Assembly: GCA_017577365.2 (NCBI GenBank)
Contig: PKRJ02000002.1
Span: forward strand, 5,921-69,920
Direction of reading: 5' to 3'
Length of the DNA stretch: 64,000 bases
DNA from: Gammaproteobacteria bacterium
Lineage (GTDB): Bacteria; Pseudomonadota; Gammaproteobacteria; Steroidobacterales; Rariloculaceae
The translations under genes were made by a program, and so were the position numbers. The notes beneath the pieces were generated by a model. That model had not been told where the DNA came from, did no database searches, and saw only the letters and a program-made list of their open reading frames with translations. This document shows, in pieces, positions 59,329 through 64,000 of this stretch (within the stretch, counting starts at the first letter, position 1; each line of letters opens with the position of its first letter).

Positions 59329-60350
59329 CGTTCTCCGCCAGACTCATCGCGTGGCTCGCGACATGCGCCGCGGGCGCCGCGTTATCCGGGCCGGCGTGCG
59401 CCGACTATCTCGATATCGCACGGTTCGAGGTCACGGAGGACGGGAACGGCCGTTACCGCGTGGCGGCGACGCTGTCCGTCGCCGCGAATACCGAGCTCAA
59501 GGCGACGTGGCCCGCGAGTTGCACGCCTCTCTCTCGCGAGGTGCGCCGCCTTCACGATGGAAGCCTGGTCGAGTTCCACGTCGACTGTAGCCGGGCGTCG
59601 CCGACCGACATGAAGATCGGCATGCCGTGGGGGCGAGACGGCGCGATGCTCGAATGGGTACGCGGAGACGGTGTCGTCGAGTCGCGAATACTGCCCGGCG
59701 GATCGACCGGCAGCGTGATCGATCTGTCGGAACGCGACGCGGAAGGAGCTCCCGCCGGCTTCTGGACGACCGCGTGGCAGTACCTCGCGCTCGGCACCGA
59801 GCACGTGCTGATCGGATGGGATCACCTCGCGTTCGTCTTCTGTCTCGGCATGCTCGCCTCGGGCACGCGGCTCGCGTGGCTGATCTCCGCGTTCACGATC
59901 GGTCACTCGATCTCTCTGGCGCTCGCCCACTACGGCGTGCTGCGCATTCCGATCGGTCCCGTCGAGGCGCTCATCGCGTTGTCGGTCGTGCTCATGGCGC
60001 GTGAGGCGCTGCTGCGGCTTCGCGGCGCGACCGGTGCGCCGGACGCGGAAGGGCGCTCGTCCGAGCGGTATCGGCAGGTTTTCGTGACGGCTGCATTCGG
60101 TCTCGTGCACGGCCTCGGTTTCGCGAGCGTGCTCGGAGGGCTCGGCGTATCGCCGACTCGCACGGCAACAGCGCTCGCGTTCTTCAACGTCGGCGTCGAG
60201 ATCGGACAGCTGCTGTTCGTCGCCTCCGTGCTCCTCGCGATTCTCGGGCTCCGCAAGGTGCGGATCGACCGCGTCGCGTCACGAGCCGCGACGGCCTTCG
60301 TCGGCGGTCTCGGGCTCTACTGGACCGTCGAGCGCGTGATCGGATTCTGA
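59325..60350 (+). CDS. HupE/UreJ family protein (long form with an N-terminal periplasmic domain)
   Basis: GTEHVLIGWDHLAF, FTIGHSISL, FGLVHGLGFA and FNVGVEIGQ motifs. Confidence 0.88.
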   Translation: MTFSARLIAWLATCAAGAALSGPACADYLDIARFEVTEDGNGRYRVAATLSVAANTELKATWPASCTPLSREVRRLHDGSLVEFHVDCSRASPTDMKIGMPWGRDGAMLEWVRGDGVVESRILPGGSTGSVIDLSERDAEGAPAGFWTTAWQYLALGTEHVLIGWDHLAFVFCLGMLASGTRLAWLISAFTIGHSISLALAHYGVLRIPIGPVEALIALSVVLMAREALLRLRGATGAPDAEGRSSERYRQVFVTAAFGLVHGLGFASVLGGLGVSPTRTATALAFFNVGVEIGQLLFVASVLLAILGLRKVRIDRVASRAATAFVGGLGLYWTVERVIGF

Positions 60351-60380
60351 GGCGGCGTTGCCTCGAACGATGAGCTGGGT

Positions 60381-62339
60381 ATGAGCGAAAAAGTGAAACG
60401 GAAACTAGCGAAGGGAATCGGGAGCGCTTTGCTCGGCGCGGCGATCGCGACGGCGGACGCGACGGAGCACCCGTTGGATCCGCTGTCGTTCGACGAGCAC
60501 TGGGACGTGCTCCAAATCCTCTACGACGCGGGCAAGGTCGATCCCGACACGAAGTTCTCGGGCATTCACCTCTACGAGCCCGACAAAGCCGACGTTCTCG
60601 CGTGGACGCCCGGATCGCCGCGCCCCCGGCAGGCAAAGGCCGTCGTGCGGAACGGCGGCGAGGCCTTCGAAGCCGTGATCGATCTCGAGCGCCGGCGGCT
60701 CGAGTCGTACGAGAAGCTCGAAGGGGTTCAGCCCTATTTCACGTCCGGCGAAGACAGGAAGGTCCTCGACAAGATGCTCGAGCACCCCGACTTCGTCGCA
60801 GCGATCAAGCGCCGCGGCTACGAGGACACGACGTTCCTTCGCTGCTCGATCGGGCCTCCGGGCTACTTCGGAACGGACGAGCAGCGCGGTCGTCGGATCG
60901 GTCACGGCAGCTGCCGGGACGTGCGCGGCGTGCGCAACGGCTGGGTGCGGGGGCTCGCCGGGCTCGACGTGGTCGTCGACATGACCAATCAGGAAGTCAT
61001 CCGCGTCGTCGACGAGGGCATCGTGCCGATGCCGAAGACGAAGGCGGATTTCGATCGCACCTCGACCCCGCCTCCGCGCGAGGTTCCGAGCCCGATTCTC
61101 GTCAGTCAGCCCGGCGGGCCCGGTTTCGAGGTCGACGGGCACTGGATCTCATGGCAGAACTGGCGCTTCCATCTGCGTGCGGACCAGCGGGTCGGTCCCG
61201 TGCTGTCGATGGTCACGTACAAGGATGGCAACGACGTTCGCAGCGTCCTCTACCAAGCCTCGCTTTCCGAGATCTTCGTGCCGTATTCGGATCCGTCGTT
61301 TCATTGGTATCACCGCAATTTCCTCGATGCCGGCGAGTTCGCGGCACCCGGCCTGATGAAGCCTCTCGTCGCGGGCGCGGACTGCCCCGTTCACGCCAAG
61401 TATTTCAGCGCGTTGATCTCGAACGAGTCGGGGCACCCGCAAACGCGGCCGAACATCTATTGCGTGTTCGAGCGGGAAACCGGGGACCCGGCTTGGCGGC
61501 ACCTGAGCGACGAGCTCGATATCGCGCTCAAACGCGATCTCGTGGTTCGCAGCGTCGCGGTGATCGGTAACTACGACTACATCTTCGACTGGGTCTTCCA
61601 ACAGGACGGGTCCATCCACGTCGGTGTCGGCGCGACGGGCATCGTCGAGGCGAAAACGGTCGAAGCCCGAGATGCCCGCGCGGGAAGCAAAGATGACGAA
61701 TACGGTCGCTTCGTCGACGAGCACATCGTCGGCGTCAATCACGACCACTACTTCGCGTTCCGGCTCGATCTCGACGTCGACGGCACGCGGAACGACTTCG
61801 TCGTGGACCGCCTCGTCACGGAGATCCTGCCGCCGGAATCACCGCGACGGAGCGTGTGGAAGCGTGAGGCTTGGCAACCGCGCACCGAGCTCGAAGCGCG
61901 GTTGAACATGCATCACGACCATCCCGGGCTTTGGCGCTTCCTCAGCACGACGCGCACGACCCGCCTGGGTTATCCGACGAGCTATCAGATCAGACCGGGC
62001 ATGACGGCGGGCGTGCTGCTCAGCGAGGACGACTATCCGAGGCGCCGCGCCGGATTCATCGAGTACCACTTGTGGGTCACGCCGTACGATCGTGACGAGC
62101 TCTACGCGGCCGGGGATTATCCGACCCTCAGCGAGCCCGGCATGGGGCTGCCCGCGTGGACGAAAGCGAATCGCGACATCGTCGGCAAGGATATCGTCGC
62201 TTGGTATACCGTCGGGATGCACCACTTGGTTCGTGCCGAAGACTGGCCGGTCATGCCGGTGCTGTGGCACTGGTTCGAGATTCGCCCCTTCGACTATTTC
62301 GACGGGAATCCCGCGCTCGACTTGCCGCGTCCGCACTGA
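60381..62339 (+). CDS. tynA: Copper-containing primary amine oxidase, secreted
   Basis: HPLDPL; TPQ consensus GNYDY; Cu ligands NHDH and HH in GMHHLVRAEDWPVMP; signal peptide. Confidence 0.93.
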   Translation: MSEKVKRKLAKGIGSALLGAAIATADATEHPLDPLSFDEHWDVLQILYDAGKVDPDTKFSGIHLYEPDKADVLAWTPGSPRPRQAKAVVRNGGEAFEAVIDLERRRLESYEKLEGVQPYFTSGEDRKVLDKMLEHPDFVAAIKRRGYEDTTFLRCSIGPPGYFGTDEQRGRRIGHGSCRDVRGVRNGWVRGLAGLDVVVDMTNQEVIRVVDEGIVPMPKTKADFDRTSTPPPREVPSPILVSQPGGPGFEVDGHWISWQNWRFHLRADQRVGPVLSMVTYKDGNDVRSVLYQASLSEIFVPYSDPSFHWYHRNFLDAGEFAAPGLMKPLVAGADCPVHAKYFSALISNESGHPQTRPNIYCVFERETGDPAWRHLSDELDIALKRDLVVRSVAVIGNYDYIFDWVFQQDGSIHVGVGATGIVEAKTVEARDARAGSKDDEYGRFVDEHIVGVNHDHYFAFRLDLDVDGTRNDFVVDRLVTEILPPESPRRSVWKREAWQPRTELEARLNMHHDHPGLWRFLSTTRTTRLGYPTSYQIRPGMTAGVLLSEDDYPRRRAGFIEYHLWVTPYDRDELYAAGDYPTLSEPGMGLPAWTKANRDIVGKDIVAWYTVGMHHLVRAEDWPVMPVLWHWFEIRPFDYFDGNPALDLPRPH

Positions 62340-62368
62340 ATGCGGGGCTCGAGCACCCATGACGAAGA

Positions 62369-62394
62369 GCCGGGCCGCAACGGCGCGGCCCGGC
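62369..62394. terminator. GC-rich hairpin between convergent genes
   Basis: GCCGGGCCGC-aacggc-GCGGCCCGGC, a 10-bp stem with no U-tract. Confidence 0.4.
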
Positions 62395-62402
62395 CGTAAC
62401 GC

Positions 62403-63965
62403 TCATTGGATCGAGCTGCGAGCCGCCGCTTCGAGCGTCTCGAACGGCACGACGCCGCCGTGCCCATCGACGATCGAGCGGACCTCGAGCCCGCGCTCGC
62501 GAATCGCTTCGTAGAGCGCGGTCGCGTCGGGGCTCGGCGCGCCGAAGAAGATGTCACTCTGGAAGATCGCGCCCGCATGAGGCACGTATGCGAGCACTTT
62601 CGGCTCGACGTGCGGAATACCGGAGACCTCGTAGAGCTCGAGCCGGCGGTCGCCTTCCTCGATCACGCGCTCGCCGGTGAACACCTCGATGCCGCCGACC
62701 CGCTCGCCCGCTGCGCGCCGCCGCGCGAGCTCGTCGGGCGGATTCGTATGCGGGGCCTCGATCACGGCGCGCAGCTCGACCTCGTGCCCGGCGGCAAGTA
62801 TCGCCGTCGCACCGGCGGCCACGAGACGACGCAACGCACCCGTATGATCCCAGTGCGGGTGACTCGGAATCACGTAGCGGATCGGCTTGCCGAAGCGCTC
62901 GCCGATCGCCCGCACGAGCGTCTCGCCCTGCACCTCGGTATACGCCGCCTCGACGACTGCGACGAAGCTCGGAAACTCGACGACCATGCCGTGATGCGAG
63001 TAGCCGACCGCATGATAGACGCCGGGTGCGACCTCGTTCAGCGTGAGCGGCGACCACGAGCCCTCCGTGGACACGACCTGCCTCGCCTGCTCGAGCGCCG
63101 CTGCCGGCACCTCGAAGATCGACAACGCGGAAGCATCGTTCACCGAGATCGACTCGTACGTGAGCGACGAGAATGGGCGGCCCTCCTTGCGGATGGTGAC
63201 CGAATGCGGCAGCGTCACGTTGCCGACAGGGCGCCAGTCGTCGAGCAGATACTCGGCCACGACGTCGCCGAGCATCGGCTCGGTGTCGAGCGCGGTATAG
63301 GCGTTGAGCAAGCCGCTTTCGGGATCGAAATAAAGTCCGATCTCTTCGCCCGACGGCAGTCGCGCCGTCCCGTGGAGCGACGCGCGTCCACCGATTTCCT
63401 TTTCGACGGCCGGCTGATCCGACGCCGTCGCGGCCGCCGCGAGCGCGACCGTGATCACGTTGCGCCGCAACAGCATCTGCGGCGAGTTCTGCGTCGCCCA
63501 GCTGAAGAGGCCGTTCGGCGACGTCGCGATCTGCGGCCGCCCCGGCCCGGTGTTCCAACCGATCGGCTGGCCTTCGAACGACGTGTAGACCTCGGTGCGT
63601 TGCATGTTGAACTGGTCGTTCGAGATCGTGTACTCGAACGCGGCACGGCCGTTCGCGAGATCGATCGTCTCGGTCTGCTCGACGCGCAAGGTCCAGTCCT
63701 CGCCGCCCGCGATGCGGATTTGACCGATGCGGGTGCGCATCCCGCTGCCGCGGCCGACGAGCGTCTCGACGCCGTTCAACGCATCGATGCCGCCCATTCT
63801 TTCGACGAGCCGCTGCGCGAGCGCCGCCGTCGTCGGAGGCGCGCTCGCCCCTTCGTCTCGACTATGCCCCGGGTGCTCGCTCGGCGAGCACGCAGCGATG
63901 CCGACGCCGGCAAGCACGGCCGCGAGCACGCGGCCGCGACGCGAGGTGCGTGGTCGATACGTCAT
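62403..63965 (-). CDS. Metallo-beta-lactamase-fold hydrolase, lipoprotein
   Basis: Lipobox IAAC; SHPHWDH, FQSD and GHG motifs. Confidence 0.85.
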   Translation of the reverse strand: MTYRPRTSRRGRVLAAVLAGVGIAACSPSEHPGHSRDEGASAPPTTAALAQRLVERMGGIDALNGVETLVGRGSGMRTRIGQIRIAGGEDWTLRVEQTETIDLANGRAAFEYTISNDQFNMQRTEVYTSFEGQPIGWNTGPGRPQIATSPNGLFSWATQNSPQMLLRRNVITVALAAAATASDQPAVEKEIGGRASLHGTARLPSGEEIGLYFDPESGLLNAYTALDTEPMLGDVVAEYLLDDWRPVGNVTLPHSVTIRKEGRPFSSLTYESISVNDASALSIFEVPAAALEQARQVVSTEGSWSPLTLNEVAPGVYHAVGYSHHGMVVEFPSFVAVVEAAYTEVQGETLVRAIGERFGKPIRYVIPSHPHWDHTGALRRLVAAGATAILAAGHEVELRAVIEAPHTNPPDELARRRAAGERVGGIEVFTGERVIEEGDRRLELYEVSGIPHVEPKVLAYVPHAGAIFQSDIFFGAPSPDATALYEAIRERGLEVRSIVDGHGGVVPFETLEAAARSSIQ

Positions 63966-64000
63966 CCGGTACTCCTCGACTAGTGTCGTCGCAGGCGGCA

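Overview
A very GC-rich window from a Gram-negative bacterium (waaA, two TonB-dependent receptors); high-GC Gammaproteobacteria is my inference. It has four parts. (1) 1-13.7 kb: housekeeping and signalling genes (waaA, EAL phosphodiesterase, M28 peptidase, hybrid kinase, treY, MaoC, rimO, DUF1015), followed by a 28-aa YohP-like membrane protein that the ORF track misses. (2) 13.9-36.3 kb: a mixed-orientation glycan locus with algD, a flippase, a polymerase-like protein, five GT4s, a GT2, a GT-C, two sulfotransferases and two lyase-like proteins, predicting a sulfated uronic-acid exopolysaccharide. (3) 37.7-62.3 kb: the best candidate for an undescribed system. A sigma54-driven cluster encodes a TonB receptor, two tandem signal-peptide-bearing ureohydrolases (one with an intact metal site, one apparent pseudoenzyme), a PpiC-like protein, HupE/UreJ and a secreted copper amine oxidase, suggesting periplasmic guanidino-amine catabolism. 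(4) The second ureohydrolase gene is split in frame by a 14.15-kb block bounded by a 7-bp direct repeat, with truncated genes at both ends and no mobility genes, so it is either a real rearrangement or an assembly chimera. That block carries an Hmu-like TonB receptor/ExbB/DUF2149/CobN operon and a VOC protein with a histone-H1-like tail. Many promoters match the sigma54 -24/-12 consensus. No CRISPR, rRNA, tRNA, transposase or integrase was seen. All calls come from motif recognition by eye; no searches were run.
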